A stretch of DNA of 51,757 nt from an uncultured Bacilli bacterium (GCA_934101685.1 CAKORZ010000001.1:1-51757); one strand, 5' to 3'; counted from the first letter of the stretch, positions 8,148 to 17,794 are shown. Notes: a model not told the origin generated them from the sequence alone. Made by a program: numbers and translations.

Positions 8148-10143
8148 ACTCTTCACCTATAAATTTTGTAATATTACCTGAACTTACTATTTCTAACTCA
8201 TTAATAGCCCTACTACAAGCAATATAAAAATAATTACGTTCTATTTCTTTATTATAATTTTTCTCACTTGCATCATAAACAATAACCTTATCAAATTCTA
8301 ATCCTTTAATAAGACTAACTCCACTAACAACTACTCCTCTTTTAATCTCTTTTCCTTTAATATCCAAGAAACTAACATTATCAAATTCTTTTAAAGATAA
8401 ATATAATTTATTAGCCATTCTTTTACTTTTACAAATAACAGCCATGCTTTTTCCCTTATACTCTTTAATACACTTTTTTAAATATTCTAATTCTTTTTTA
8501 TCATCATTAAATACTTTAATATTAACTTCTTTACCATGTCTCTTTACCCCGTTAACACCCTTACTTTTAATAACATTTTGTAAGAAATTAAATATTTCTA
8601 GTGTTGATCTATAAGAATTATTTAATTCAATAACTTTAAATTCTTTAAGAAAATTATCATAATTTTGTTCAAATAACTTTTGATTCAAATCTCCTACATA
8701 TGTTTTATTACAATTAAATATTCTTTGAATAACATTTCTCTCAACAATATTCAAATCCTGATATTCATCAATTAATAAATGGTTATATTTTTCAAAAAGT
8801 TTACATTTTCTAAAATATATTTTTATATAACATAAAAAGAAAATATGCTCATATCCTATTATTCTTTTATGAATAACTTCACCAGTATAATTAATACTCT
8901 TTAAAAATTCATCATAGACTTCAAAATAGTTAACATCAGGCAATAATTTATTAACAAAAGTATCAATTATATCTACAACACTCTTTGTTATTTTCCTATC
9001 ATTACTAATTCTATCTTTTAAATACTCTTTTATAAATTTTTTTCTTTCATAATAATCTCTTCTTATAAACTTTTCAAAATATAATTTATGAAATATTTCA
9101 CTTCTAAAAGACAAAGTTCCTATCTTTAATCCTAACTTATCATTAAATAAACTTTCCATTTTTCTCTCTAAAAATTCATTTAATAATTTAAAAGTTTCAT
9201 CAAAATCAAATTCTTTACTACCATTAATAACTTTCTCTATATAATCAATCTTATTTTCTACTCTTATCTTATTTTTATATAAATCCATCTTCATAATAGT
9301 TCTAGCTATTTCATTTAATGTAAGATTAGTAGTATTACTCTCACCAAGTTCTGGTAAAACATTATCAATATATTTAAAAAAGACTTCATTAGGAGTAACA
9401 AAACATACTTTACTAGCATCATATTTAACAGAATCTTTATACACTAAATAAGCAATACGATGAAGAGCAATAGATGTTTTACCACTACCTGCTACACCAA
9501 GAACTAACAAATCATCATCGCTATCATGCCTAATAGCTTGATTTTGCTCTTTTTGGATTGTACTAACAATGTTTTTCATAACTACATCATTATTCTTACC
9601 CAAAACATCAATTAAAAGTTCATCACTTATATTCATTCCTGTATCTACATAAGTCTCTAACTTACCATTTCCAAACTTATATTGTCTTTTTAAGGTAATA
9701 TTTCCATTAACTATTCCTTTTGGAGATTCATAACTAGCTTTGCCAAACACACCCTCATAATATAAATTTGCTATAGGGCTCCTCCAGTCATTAACAATAA
9801 CTTCATTATCATATATTAAAGATTCTATTCCAAAATAATAAGGTAGTTCACCCCATTCATTTTCAAAATCTATTCTTCCAAAATATGGTTTTTTAAGCAT
9901 CATCAAATATCTATTTAATTGCCTATCAGCAATATTATTTATAGATCTATCATAATTAATAGAGTTCATCATCTGAGTACCAGTTAGATCTAACCCAGAG
10001 CCATCTTTAGAATTAAAAAAACTATTAAAAGTATCATTAATAGACTTAGTTTTTTCTTCCATTAACTTTTTATTTTCACTAACTTTACTTTCAATTATTT
10101 TAATTGTATCTTTAGCTCTTTTTTCCTCATCAATATTAATCAT
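8128..10143 (-). CDS. helD: HelD-type UvrD-like helicase (RNA polymerase recycling ATPase)
   Basis: HelD-specific block KKPYFGRIDFENE...NDWRSPIANLYYEG, Walker A GVAGSGKTSIALHRIAYL, DEYQD, and a C-terminal UvrD-like block KGLEFDKVIVYD. AGGAGA RBS. Confidence 0.85.
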   Translation of the reverse strand: MINIDEEKRAKDTIKIIESKVSENKKLMEEKTKSINDTFNSFFNSKDGSGLDLTGTQMMNSINYDRSINNIADRQLNRYLMMLKKPYFGRIDFENEWGELPYYFGIESLIYDNEVIVNDWRSPIANLYYEGVFGKASYESPKGIVNGNITLKRQYKFGNGKLETYVDTGMNISDELLIDVLGKNNDVVMKNIVSTIQKEQNQAIRHDSDDDLLVLGVAGSGKTSIALHRIAYLVYKDSVKYDASKVCFVTPNEVFFKYIDNVLPELGESNTTNLTLNEIARTIMKMDLYKNKIRVENKIDYIEKVINGSKEFDFDETFKLLNEFLERKMESLFNDKLGLKIGTLSFRSEIFHKLYFEKFIRRDYYERKKFIKEYLKDRISNDRKITKSVVDIIDTFVNKLLPDVNYFEVYDEFLKSINYTGEVIHKRIIGYEHIFFLCYIKIYFRKCKLFEKYNHLLIDEYQDLNIVERNVIQRIFNCNKTYVGDLNQKLFEQNYDNFLKEFKVIELNNSYRSTLEIFNFLQNVIKSKGVNGVKRHGKEVNIKVFNDDKKELEYLKKCIKEYKGKSMAVICKSKRMANKLYLSLKEFDNVSFLDIKGKEIKRGVVVSGVSLIKGLEFDKVIVYDASEKNYNKEIERNYFYIACSRAINELEIVSSGNITKFIGEEYEKNIK

Positions 10144-10151
10144 GTTATCTC

Positions 10152-10736
10152 CTACTTTAAAACCTCTTTTATGCTTTCAAAAGGCACTGCACCTTCTCTT
10201 AATAATTTTACATTATCTTTTGTTAAATCAATAATTGTAGAGCAAACTTTACTAGTTTTATTTCCCATAATTACCATGTCTGCCATACCATCAAATTCAT
10301 CTATAATTTTCATAATATCATCACTAGTTTCTTTATTTGAAATATTCGCACTAGTAAGACATAAAGGGCAATCTAATTTTTCAATAATTTTATTTATTAT
10401 TTCATTATTAATCATTCTAACTGCAACTGTTTCTTCACTATTTTTCTTTTTTAAAACAAGAGTTACTTTTCCAGGATAAAAAGGTTGCAATTTTTTTAAA
10501 GTATCTTTATTTATTTCACAAATATTCATTAATCTTTCATATGTATCTACTACTATTGGTAATCTTTTATCAAAATTCCTATTTTTTATACTATATATTT
10601 TGTTAATTGCAGCTTCACTTTTGCTACTAACTGCTAAACCATACACAGTATCTGTAGGTACTATAATCACACCATCATCATTAAGTATTTCTACTGCATC
10701 ATCAATTATCTTATTATTGTAATCTTCTTTATTCAT
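10152..10736 (-). CDS. tsaC: L-threonylcarbamoyladenylate synthase, short TsaC/YrdC type
   Basis: The YrdC-domain block GVIIVPTDTVYGLAVSS...IYSIKNRNFDKRLPIVV. At 194 aa it is the single-domain form. It overlaps the fmt stop by 8 nt. Confidence 0.85.
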   Translation of the reverse strand: MNKEDYNNKIIDDAVEILNDDGVIIVPTDTVYGLAVSSKSEAAINKIYSIKNRNFDKRLPIVVDTYERLMNICEINKDTLKKLQPFYPGKVTLVLKKKNSEETVAVRMINNEIINKIIEKLDCPLCLTSANISNKETSDDIMKIIDEFDGMADMVIMGNKTSKVCSTIIDLTKDNVKLLREGAVPFESIKEVLK

Positions 10737-11670
10737 GAAATATCTTCCCCTTTAAATCTTTATTACCATTTATAAAATCTCTTGCTAACATTCTTTTTTT
10801 ACCAGCAACTTGCAATTCTTTTATTCCTATTGCGCCATCACTAACCTTAACAACAATTTTATCTTTTAAAACCTCTACGATTTCTCCATTTTCTCCATTA
10901 TACTTTTTATTCATCTCTTCACTATTCCAGATTTTAACACTAACACCATTTAAAATAGAATATGCACCAGGAACACTATTGAAAGCTCTTATTTTATTAT
11001 AAATATTTCTACTAGTGTCATTCCAATCAATTATTTCTTCCTCTCTTTTAATTGAAGGAGCAAATGTAACTTCATCTTCATTTTGAGGAATACCTTTTAT
11101 TTTACCCTCTATATAGTCAGGTAACATTTTTATTAATAAATCACTTGCAACAGTTTCTAATTTTTTAAATAAAGAATCACTGGTATCATCATTTTCAATA
11201 TTAATTTCTGCCTTAGCAAACATATCACCAGCATCCATCTTTTTAACCATTTCCATAATTGTAATACCTGTTGTTTTATAATCTTTTAAAATAGAATATT
11301 GAATAGGCGCTGCTCCTCTAAGCTTAGGTAATAAAGATCCGTGTACATTAATGCATTTATATTTAGGTACATCTAATACGGTTTGAGGTACAATTTGCCC
11401 ATATGCACAAGTAATAATTAAATCAGGATTTTTTTCTTTTATCCATTCGTTATCAACTCTTATATTTAAAGGTTGAAAAACATCTATATTATTATCTAGT
11501 GCAACTTTTTTAGTAGCTGGATACTCTAACTCTCTTTTTCTACCAACTGGCTTATCAGCTTGACAAACTAATCCTATAATATTCCATCCATCATTTATTA
11601 AACTTTTTAAAATAGCACTTGAAAACTCTGTAGTGCCCATATAAACTATTTTAAGATTTTTCTTATCCAT
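10729..11670 (-). CDS. fmt: Methionyl-tRNA formyltransferase
   Basis: KIVYMGTTEFS, QPDKPVGRK-like ADKPVGRKRE, and INVHGSLLPKLRGAAPIQYSI. The start ATG at 11670 lies 5 nt after GGTGA. The track start at 11682 is the in-frame GTG within that RBS. Confidence 0.95.
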   Translation of the reverse strand: MDKKNLKIVYMGTTEFSSAILKSLINDGWNIIGLVCQADKPVGRKRELEYPATKKVALDNNIDVFQPLNIRVDNEWIKEKNPDLIITCAYGQIVPQTVLDVPKYKCINVHGSLLPKLRGAAPIQYSILKDYKTTGITIMEMVKKMDAGDMFAKAEINIENDDTSDSLFKKLETVASDLLIKMLPDYIEGKIKGIPQNEDEVTFAPSIKREEEIIDWNDTSRNIYNKIRAFNSVPGAYSILNGVSVKIWNSEEMNKKYNGENGEIVEVLKDKIVVKVSDGAIGIKELQVAGKKRMLARDFINGNKDLKGKIFHE

Positions 11671-11739
11671 TATAATCACCAATAATTATTATATAAAAAT
11701 TAATTTTGTAAATAAATAATTTATAAAATAAAAAGTGTA

Positions 11740-12402
11740 TTATATACACCTTTTAGTTTTTTTAATATATTCATCATACTCTTTTAACAAATCTTTTATT
11801 ATTTTTGCTTTACTAATATTTTTACAATTTATAACTATATATTCTGTTTTTTCATATTTTTCATATAATTTCAATTTATTATTAAGCGTTTTTAAAGGGT
11901 CTTTAGCATTTTGCATCTCTATAAGCAATTCATTTAAAAAAGCTGTTAAATGGCCATATTTTTTCCTAGTAACTCTATTACAATTAGTATATCTAACAAT
12001 TTTATTTTTTATTATATTACAAAATATTTCATTATCAAATTTACCATCAATTTGCAAATTTTTTAAACTTTTATAATCTTTTCTATATTCCTGCTTATAT
12101 TCTTTAATTAGCCCTTTTAAAACATCAATTTTGCTTATATACACAATATAATTATCTGCTTTTTTATAATAATTAATACACCCTTTTAAATATTTTATTC
12201 CATCAGGTTCCTTAGAAATAATACTAAACATTTCATTTAAATAATCTATCTCTTCTAATTTATTATCCATTTTATGTTTATATATTAATTTTTCATCTTC
12301 ATTAGCGCTATCCAATGAATTTTTTATTTCATTTATCATTTTTTTATTACTATCTATTTTAAAACTCAATAAATCTAATAAAAATTGATTATTTGTTTTC
12401 AT
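11740..12402 (-). CDS. Hypothetical protein (soluble, Lys/Asn/Glu-rich)
   Basis: 220-aa ORF with a GAGGTG RBS 6 nt upstream of the ATG at 12402. I recognise no motif. It appears to be its own transcription unit, because a terminator-like hairpin sits directly upstream. Confidence 0.6.
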   Translation of the reverse strand: MKTNNQFLLDLLSFKIDSNKKMINEIKNSLDSANEDEKLIYKHKMDNKLEEIDYLNEMFSIISKEPDGIKYLKGCINYYKKADNYIVYISKIDVLKGLIKEYKQEYRKDYKSLKNLQIDGKFDNEIFCNIIKNKIVRYTNCNRVTRKKYGHLTAFLNELLIEMQNAKDPLKTLNNKLKLYEKYEKTEYIVINCKNISKAKIIKDLLKEYDEYIKKTKRCI

Positions 12403-12454
12403 TGTACACACCTCTACTACAAAAATATTAACATATAAAGTTAACTATATCAAT

Positions 12455-12482
12455 GCAAAAATAAAAAGGTAATACTACCTTT
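12455..12482 (-). terminator. Putative rho-independent terminator overlapping the stop codon of the 12475..12852 gene
   Basis: Minus-strand hairpin aaggta-gtat-tacctt followed by tttatttttg. Confidence 0.5.
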
Positions 12483-12852
12483 TTGGTTTATTCATTAATT
12501 TTTCATTTTCTTTTTGTATTTCTAACAATTGCTTTATAGCACTTCTAGTAGTGAAAAGACCTGAGCCTTCTATTGCATAATCAACTCCATGTTCATTAAA
12601 GTAAGCAACATTTTTAACAGTCCATCCCCAAGAAGCACCACTATGAGCAATTTCTTTTTCTGCTTCTTCTGTAATAGTTTCATAAGAAACTTCTTCAGAA
12701 TTTAATTTTTCCATTATATCCACAACTTGATTAAGTAAGCTTAAATCTGCACTATGAATATGATGATCACACAAATCATCCCTCTCTTTTTTTCTGCCTG
12801 GTATAATGTACTCATAACCTCTTCTTCTAATTGTCTCTAAATCGTATTTCAT
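12475..12852 (-). CDS. Hypothetical protein
   Basis: 125-aa ORF starting MKYDLETIRRRGYEY..., with AGGTGA 5 nt upstream of the ATG at 12852. It contains CDHHIHSAD and SGASWGW strings but no family I can name. Confidence 0.6.
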   Translation of the reverse strand: MKYDLETIRRRGYEYIIPGRKKERDDLCDHHIHSADLSLLNQVVDIMEKLNSEEVSYETITEEAEKEIAHSGASWGWTVKNVAYFNEHGVDYAIEGSGLFTTRSAIKQLLEIQKENEKLMNKPKR

Positions 12853-12869
12853 ATTAATCACCTACTAAT

Positions 12870-12898
12870 ATTATACAAAATAAAAAACAACAAATCAA
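12870..12898 (-). promoter_or_regulatory. Putative sigma-A promoter (TTGATT-17 nt-TATAAT) for the 12475..12852 gene
   Basis: Read on the minus strand: -35 TTGATT (12898..12893), a 17-nt spacer ending in TG, then -10 TATAAT (12875..12870). It would give a very short leader that begins at the RBS, which lowers confidence. Confidence 0.4.
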
Positions 12899-12923
12899 GA
12901 TAATATCTTACTAGCAAACAATA

Positions 12924-12949
12924 GTAAAAAGGAATATCAAAATATTCCT
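12924..12949 (-). terminator. Putative rho-independent terminator after the gpr / 97-aa gene unit
   Basis: Minus-strand hairpin aggaatat-tttg-atattcct followed by a T-run. It starts inside the TAG stop codon of the 97-aa gene. Confidence 0.55.
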
Positions 12950-13241
12950 AATTAACTATTATTCTTATTATTTTTAAACCTAGATAAAAAACACTATTAA
13001 GACCATTAACTATAGTATTAGCAATTTTACTGTTAACTTTTGCTATAAAAGTAGAATTATCCTCTTCACTAATTTCAACATTTTCTAATTTCCCATCTTC
13101 TATAATTTCGCCAGTCTCTACAGAGTTTTCAAACTCTACTATAACATTCTCCACACTATTTCCTCTATCAGGAATAAAAACAGAAATACCAATTAATACT
13201 AATAAAATAACTATACCGCTTTCTATTAGAATCCTTCCCAT
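12948..13241 (-). CDS. Small membrane-anchored acidic protein (position comparable to yqxA downstream of gpr/spoIIP in Bacillus; homology unverified)
   Basis: 97-aa ORF with an AAGGAG RBS. It has an N-terminal TM helix (GIVILLVLIGISVFI), an acidic middle and an amphipathic C-terminus. Confidence 0.6.
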   Translation of the reverse strand: MGRILIESGIVILLVLIGISVFIPDRGNSVENVIVEFENSVETGEIIEDGKLENVEISEEDNSTFIAKVNSKIANTIVNGLNSVFYLGLKIIRIIVN

Positions 13242-13309
13242 TTATCTTCTCCTTTTCTACTAGTACTATATACATAATAAAAAGAAAAATATGTCGAACT
13301 ATAATTTAT

Positions 13310-14245
13310 TTATAAATAATAGCTTTCATTATGCAAAGATTCATTAATTGAATTACCTATTATATATGAAATATTTTTAACATCTTCATCAATTTGTTTA
13401 GGAGTAACTACCATATTTAATCCTTTTTCTTCAAGAACATCTGCAATTACTTGATATCTATTTCTATCTTTAAATATTGAATGATTTAAAGGAATATCTC
13501 CATACATCTTTTCAATAATTCCTATTGTTTCATCAACTATACTACTAGCTCCAACAACTGTAGCAACACCAATAGCAATACAAGGAGCATTTAAATATTC
13601 TTTATCCATTGGTTTTCTATTATTGCCAATGCCACTACCAGGTTCAATCCCAGCATCACATACCTGTATTACTCTATTAACTCTAGCTATACTTCTAGAA
13701 GCTAAAGCATCTATAAAAATAATTAAATCCGGTTTATAAAAATCTGTTACTGATTTAACAATATCTGCGGTTTCTAATCCAGTTTGTCCCATTACTCCAG
13801 GCACTAATAAAGATACACATTTTGTTCCTTCTTTTATGCTAGAAGGATCTAATTCAAATATATGATTAGTTACTATTATTTCTTTTGCACTCATAGGACC
13901 TAAAGCATCTGCCATAAAGCTTTCATTTCCTAAGCCTACAATTAAAACCTTAGCGTTACTACTAAGTTTATATTTACTAATAAGTTGTTTTAAATTATCA
14001 ACTAACACTTCTTTAATTATATCTCTATTTTTTTGATCTTCAACATTACTAAATTCTATTGAAATATAATCTCCTTTTTTCTTATTAAAGGAATTATTAT
14101 CCTTATGAATGGTAATATAGCTAATATTAACATCATGATATGTTTTATTAGTCACACTATATTCCTTTGTATCTTTACTTGAAGTAACAATTTCATCTGC
14201 TAAATCTGTTCTAGGAGCATATTTAGATAAATCTATTTCTTTCAT
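13310..14245 (-). CDS. gpr: Germination protease GPR (SASP-degrading endopeptidase)
   Basis: N-terminal YAPRTDLADE and later blocks (LIVGLGN...DALGP, IIFIDALASRS, GSGIGNNR) are typical of GPR. The ATG at 14245 lies 5 nt after GGGTGA. The track start at 14254 is the in-frame GTG. Confidence 0.93.
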   Translation of the reverse strand: MKEIDLSKYAPRTDLADEIVTSSKDTKEYSVTNKTYHDVNISYITIHKDNNSFNKKKGDYISIEFSNVEDQKNRDIIKEVLVDNLKQLISKYKLSSNAKVLIVGLGNESFMADALGPMSAKEIIVTNHIFELDPSSIKEGTKCVSLLVPGVMGQTGLETADIVKSVTDFYKPDLIIFIDALASRSIARVNRVIQVCDAGIEPGSGIGNNRKPMDKEYLNAPCIAIGVATVVGASSIVDETIGIIEKMYGDIPLNHSIFKDRNRYQVIADVLEEKGLNMVVTPKQIDEDVKNISYIIGNSINESLHNESYYL

Positions 14246-14261
14246 TTCTTTCACCCATAAT

Positions 14262-14292
14262 TATTATGAGTAAAAAGAAAAATAACTATTCA
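14262..14292 (-). promoter_or_regulatory. Forespore-type (sigma-G/sigma-F-like) promoter candidate for gpr
   Basis: Minus strand reads TGAATA-18 nt-CATAATA. This matches the commonly cited B. subtilis sigma-G consensus (GHATR, 17-18 nt, CATXHTA). It sits between the holA stop and the gpr RBS. Confidence 0.55.
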
Positions 14293-15252
14293 TTAATGAC
14301 ATGCATTTAATAAAAATAATTCAAAGCCAATAAAACGATCAATCTCTCCACTTTTAATTTTAATGTCTAAACTAGATAAATCTTCAAGTAAATCAGTTAA
14401 ATCCATTTTATTTAAATGATAAACCTTTTCAAGTGCTAATTTTACTCTATATGGATGGCAAGATAATTCGTTTGCTATATTTGCTTCACTGTAACCTTTA
14501 TCCTTTAAAACCATTACTTGATATAAAAATCTAACTTGACTTGCTACAAGTGAAATAAGATTAATAGGTTCGCTATTAGTAGCCTTTAAATCATAATATA
14601 TTTTAAATGCTTTATCTTCTTTTTTATTAAAAATAGCGTCAATCATTTCAAAAACATTATCTTCTAATTTTTTAGGAACCATCAAATAAATATCTTTTAA
14701 ATCAAGTTCTTTCTTATAACAAGACAACTTATCTATTTCATTAGAAATAAGATACATATCATCCCCACATCTATTAATAAATTCATTAAGTGCATCACTA
14801 CTAATACTTATATCTTTTTTATCAAACATTTGCTTAACCACTCTAGGCAAATCCTTTTTACTAACATTATCTAGCGCAAAAGCCTTAGACTTTTCTTTTA
14901 TTTTTTTTACTAATGGTTTCTTATCATCAAGTTTTGATGTCACTACTGTAAATACCATAGTAACACCATCATTTTGATTATCTAAATATTCTTCTAGTTC
15001 ATTAAATGATTGTTCAAATTCTAATTTAGGATTTTCATTAGTTAAAAAATAACTATTTCTAATAACAATCATTTTTTTATCTGCCATAAATGGTAATGTT
15101 AAAGCATCATTAACAATTTCATATAAAGGTGTTTTATATGCATCAAAAACAACAAAATTAAAATCATCAACCTCATTTAAAGTCTCTTTTGCTAATTTAT
15201 CTACTAATTTATTAATCATTAATTCTTGCTCACCAAATACTAAATATAACAT
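14293..15252 (-). CDS. holA: DNA polymerase III delta subunit
   Basis: About 320 aa with an N-terminus of the LYLVFGEQELMI type and a delta-subunit helical C-terminal half. Conserved position after comEC. The ATG at 15252 follows a GAGGTG RBS. Confidence 0.85.
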   Translation of the reverse strand: MLYLVFGEQELMINKLVDKLAKETLNEVDDFNFVVFDAYKTPLYEIVNDALTLPFMADKKMIVIRNSYFLTNENPKLEFEQSFNELEEYLDNQNDGVTMVFTVVTSKLDDKKPLVKKIKEKSKAFALDNVSKKDLPRVVKQMFDKKDISISSDALNEFINRCGDDMYLISNEIDKLSCYKKELDLKDIYLMVPKKLEDNVFEMIDAIFNKKEDKAFKIYYDLKATNSEPINLISLVASQVRFLYQVMVLKDKGYSEANIANELSCHPYRVKLALEKVYHLNKMDLTDLLEDLSSLDIKIKSGEIDRFIGFELFLLNACH

Positions 15253-15279
15253 TTCATTCACCTCTTAAATTATAACACA

Positions 15280-17265
15280 CTACTTAAAATAATCTATAAA
15301 TCTAATATTAAATATATTTTTTCCGAATCCAATATCGTTGTTCTCATCAGTCCTAAATATATAATAATTTGCTTCTTTAAGATTACTAAGTGTTTCTTCA
15401 CTAGGATGCCCATATGAATTATTAATTCCAACACTAATAATAGCTATTTTTCCATTAATATTTTTAAGAAATTCTAAGTCACTAGAAGTATTAGAGCCAT
15501 GATGTCCAGCCTTAATAATATCTACATTTTTAACTTCATTTATTATGCTTTTTTCCACTTTTTTACTAGCGTCTCCCATAAGCAACACTTTATACCCAGC
15601 ATACTCTCCTAAAAGAACAATACTACCATCATTATCTCTTCTATCACTTACATTTAAATTTTTAAATATTTTATTCCCTATATTTATTTCTTTTATTAAA
15701 GAATTATTAATTACCTCATCAACCTTAAAGTTCTTAATCAAACTATTTAATGCTCCATTATGATCATAATCATCATGGGTAATAATAACTTTATTAATTT
15801 TATTTATTCCTTTACTTTCTAAGAAAGGAATCACTTCACTTGTAGCAATATCCTTATATTTACTACCACCTGTATCAACAAGCACCACACTTTTACTATG
15901 TGGAATAAAAAAAGCTGTACAGTCACCTTGATTAACATTAATAAAATACAATAGCTCATTACAGTTTATTATTGGTTTAAAGTATTGATAAGTAAGTAAA
16001 TTAAAACATATAAAAAGATAAATAAATTTTTGCTTTAATTTTCTCTCTTTAAAAATAAAATAACATAAAAGAAATAAGTAATATAAAATAATAAAAATAG
16101 AACTAGGTTTTCCAAATATTAAAACTAAATTAAACTTATTTAATAAACTAAATGCTTTAAAAAATAACTTAATGACAATTTCATATAAAAGGTAAAATTT
16201 ATCTAAAAATAAATAAATGAATGAAAATAAATATAAGAAAGAAACAGGTAAGCTCAAAATACTAGAAAGTAAAAGCGTAGAAATATTTAGTTTATAATTA
16301 CTTAATAATATAAGCGGTATATTAACTAAATAAATATAAAATGATATTAACATTTTATTTTTAGGATATAGTAAGAATATCTCTAATACAAAAGTAGTTA
16401 AAAAAGAAAATATAAAACTATATGAAAACATAATACTAGGATTTATAAAAATAAATACACTTCCAATTAAACTAAGCAAATCATTGTTAGATAAATCAAA
16501 ATCTAATTTTTTATTTATTTTTTTAAAAATATAATAAAGAAACGCTCTATAACTAGAAATACTAAAATCTAATAAATATAAATAAAAGACTACAAATGAA
16601 TAACCAATAAATTCCTTTTTAAAAAGTTTCTTAAAAAAAGCTAAAAGGATTCTAATATGAAATCCTGAAACTGCAATTAAATAAGTCAAAGAATAAATAG
16701 AAAATGTATTATAAAATTCTTTATTATTTTCTTCTTTTACATTAAATAAAATTAGTTTTAATATACTTTTTGTTGATTCCTTTTTCTTACTTAATAATTT
16801 ATTAACTATTTTTTCATTTAAACTATTAGAATTATTAATAATATCTAACTTATCATAATTAATCTTATATATAATTCCTTGTTTATTTAAATATTTATAA
16901 AAATAATTATAAGTGTTGTCTATTCTCTCTAAATACCCCTCTATATATAACTCACTATTTTTATAAAATTCAAAATCATCATTATATATTAAATATTTTT
17001 TATTATTACTTTCTACAATACTATATTTATCTTTCTTTTCTATAACAAGACACTCACTACTAAAAGTATTATTCAAATTATAATGATAATAATTTAAATT
17101 ACATGTATAAAACATTAAAATACCAACTATGCTTATAATCACTAACTTTAAATTGCTTCTTTTAGCAAACATAATTATAGAAATAAATAAAAACACTAAA
17201 AACAAATAATTTTTATAATACAAAAATAAATTAATAAATATTAAATTTAGTAAAAAATAAATCAT
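15280..17265 (-). CDS. comEC: DNA internalization competence protein ComEC/Rec2
   Basis: N-terminal TM plus an OB-like segment, a polytopic competence domain, and a C-terminal metallo-beta-lactamase domain (VDTGG..., ITHDDYDHNGAL, GDAS, AGHHGS). Confidence 0.9.
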   Translation of the reverse strand: MIYFLLNLIFINLFLYYKNYLFLVFLFISIIMFAKRSNLKLVIISIVGILMFYTCNLNYYHYNLNNTFSSECLVIEKKDKYSIVESNNKKYLIYNDDFEFYKNSELYIEGYLERIDNTYNYFYKYLNKQGIIYKINYDKLDIINNSNSLNEKIVNKLLSKKKESTKSILKLILFNVKEENNKEFYNTFSIYSLTYLIAVSGFHIRILLAFFKKLFKKEFIGYSFVVFYLYLLDFSISSYRAFLYYIFKKINKKLDFDLSNNDLLSLIGSVFIFINPSIMFSYSFIFSFLTTFVLEIFLLYPKNKMLISFYIYLVNIPLILLSNYKLNISTLLLSSILSLPVSFLYLFSFIYLFLDKFYLLYEIVIKLFFKAFSLLNKFNLVLIFGKPSSIFIILYYLFLLCYFIFKERKLKQKFIYLFICFNLLTYQYFKPIINCNELLYFINVNQGDCTAFFIPHSKSVVLVDTGGSKYKDIATSEVIPFLESKGINKINKVIITHDDYDHNGALNSLIKNFKVDEVINNSLIKEINIGNKIFKNLNVSDRRDNDGSIVLLGEYAGYKVLLMGDASKKVEKSIINEVKNVDIIKAGHHGSNTSSDLEFLKNINGKIAIISVGINNSYGHPSEETLSNLKEANYYIFRTDENNDIGFGKNIFNIRFIDYFK

Positions 17266-17266
17266 C

Positions 17267-17794
17267 TTACAAACAAATCAAATCTTTTATAGATTCAAAT
17301 AAGTTATCTCCAATTCCTTTTACTTTTTTAACTTCTTCAATACTTTTAAATGGCCCATTAATAGTTCTGTACTCTATAATTCTTTTTGAGAAAACACTAC
17401 CAATACCAGGCAAAGTATCTAGAGCTGCTTGAGTTGCTGTATTAAGCGATATTTTGCTACTATTACCATTAGAATCCACACGTTTATAAGGAATATAATA
17501 GCTATTGCCATTAGTCAATATAGTATTAGAATTAAATGATGTTATATCTGCATTATCCTTTAATCCTCCTGCAAGTGTTATTAAATAGCCAAGCGTCGAA
17601 TCTTTAGTGACTGTATATGTTCCAGGATTTACAACACTACCACTTACACTAACAGAATATATGTTAGATGAGGATATAGTTTCATTATTACTTTCAATTT
17701 TATCAAAATTTATATTACTCATGTACTTATTAACTAAATCCATACAAACAACATAGCAAATTGTAAAAATCGCCACCATAATTATTACTTTCAT
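17267..17794 (-). CDS. comEA: Competence protein ComEA (DNA receptor, helix-hairpin-helix)
   Basis: Signal anchor, an SLBB-like middle region (GSVVNPGTYTV), and a C-terminal tandem HhH (LNTATQAALDTLPGIGSVFSKRIIEYR...VKGIGDNLFESIK). AGGAGG RBS. comEC starts 2 nt after its stop. Confidence 0.88.
   Translation of the reverse strand: MKVIIMVAIFTICYVVCMDLVNKYMSNINFDKIESNNETISSSNIYSVSVSGSVVNPGTYTVTKDSTLGYLITLAGGLKDNADITSFNSNTILTNGNSYYIPYKRVDSNGNSSKISLNTATQAALDTLPGIGSVFSKRIIEYRTINGPFKSIEEVKKVKGIGDNLFESIKDLICL

Noticed and set aside
8128-10143. The UvrD-like helicase as a component of an anti-phage defence system of the Gabija, Hachiman or Nhi type.
   Set aside because: It carries the HelD-specific YFGRIDF...DWR.P block. 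It sits between housekeeping genes (tsaC, fmt), with no nuclease or other defence partner nearby.
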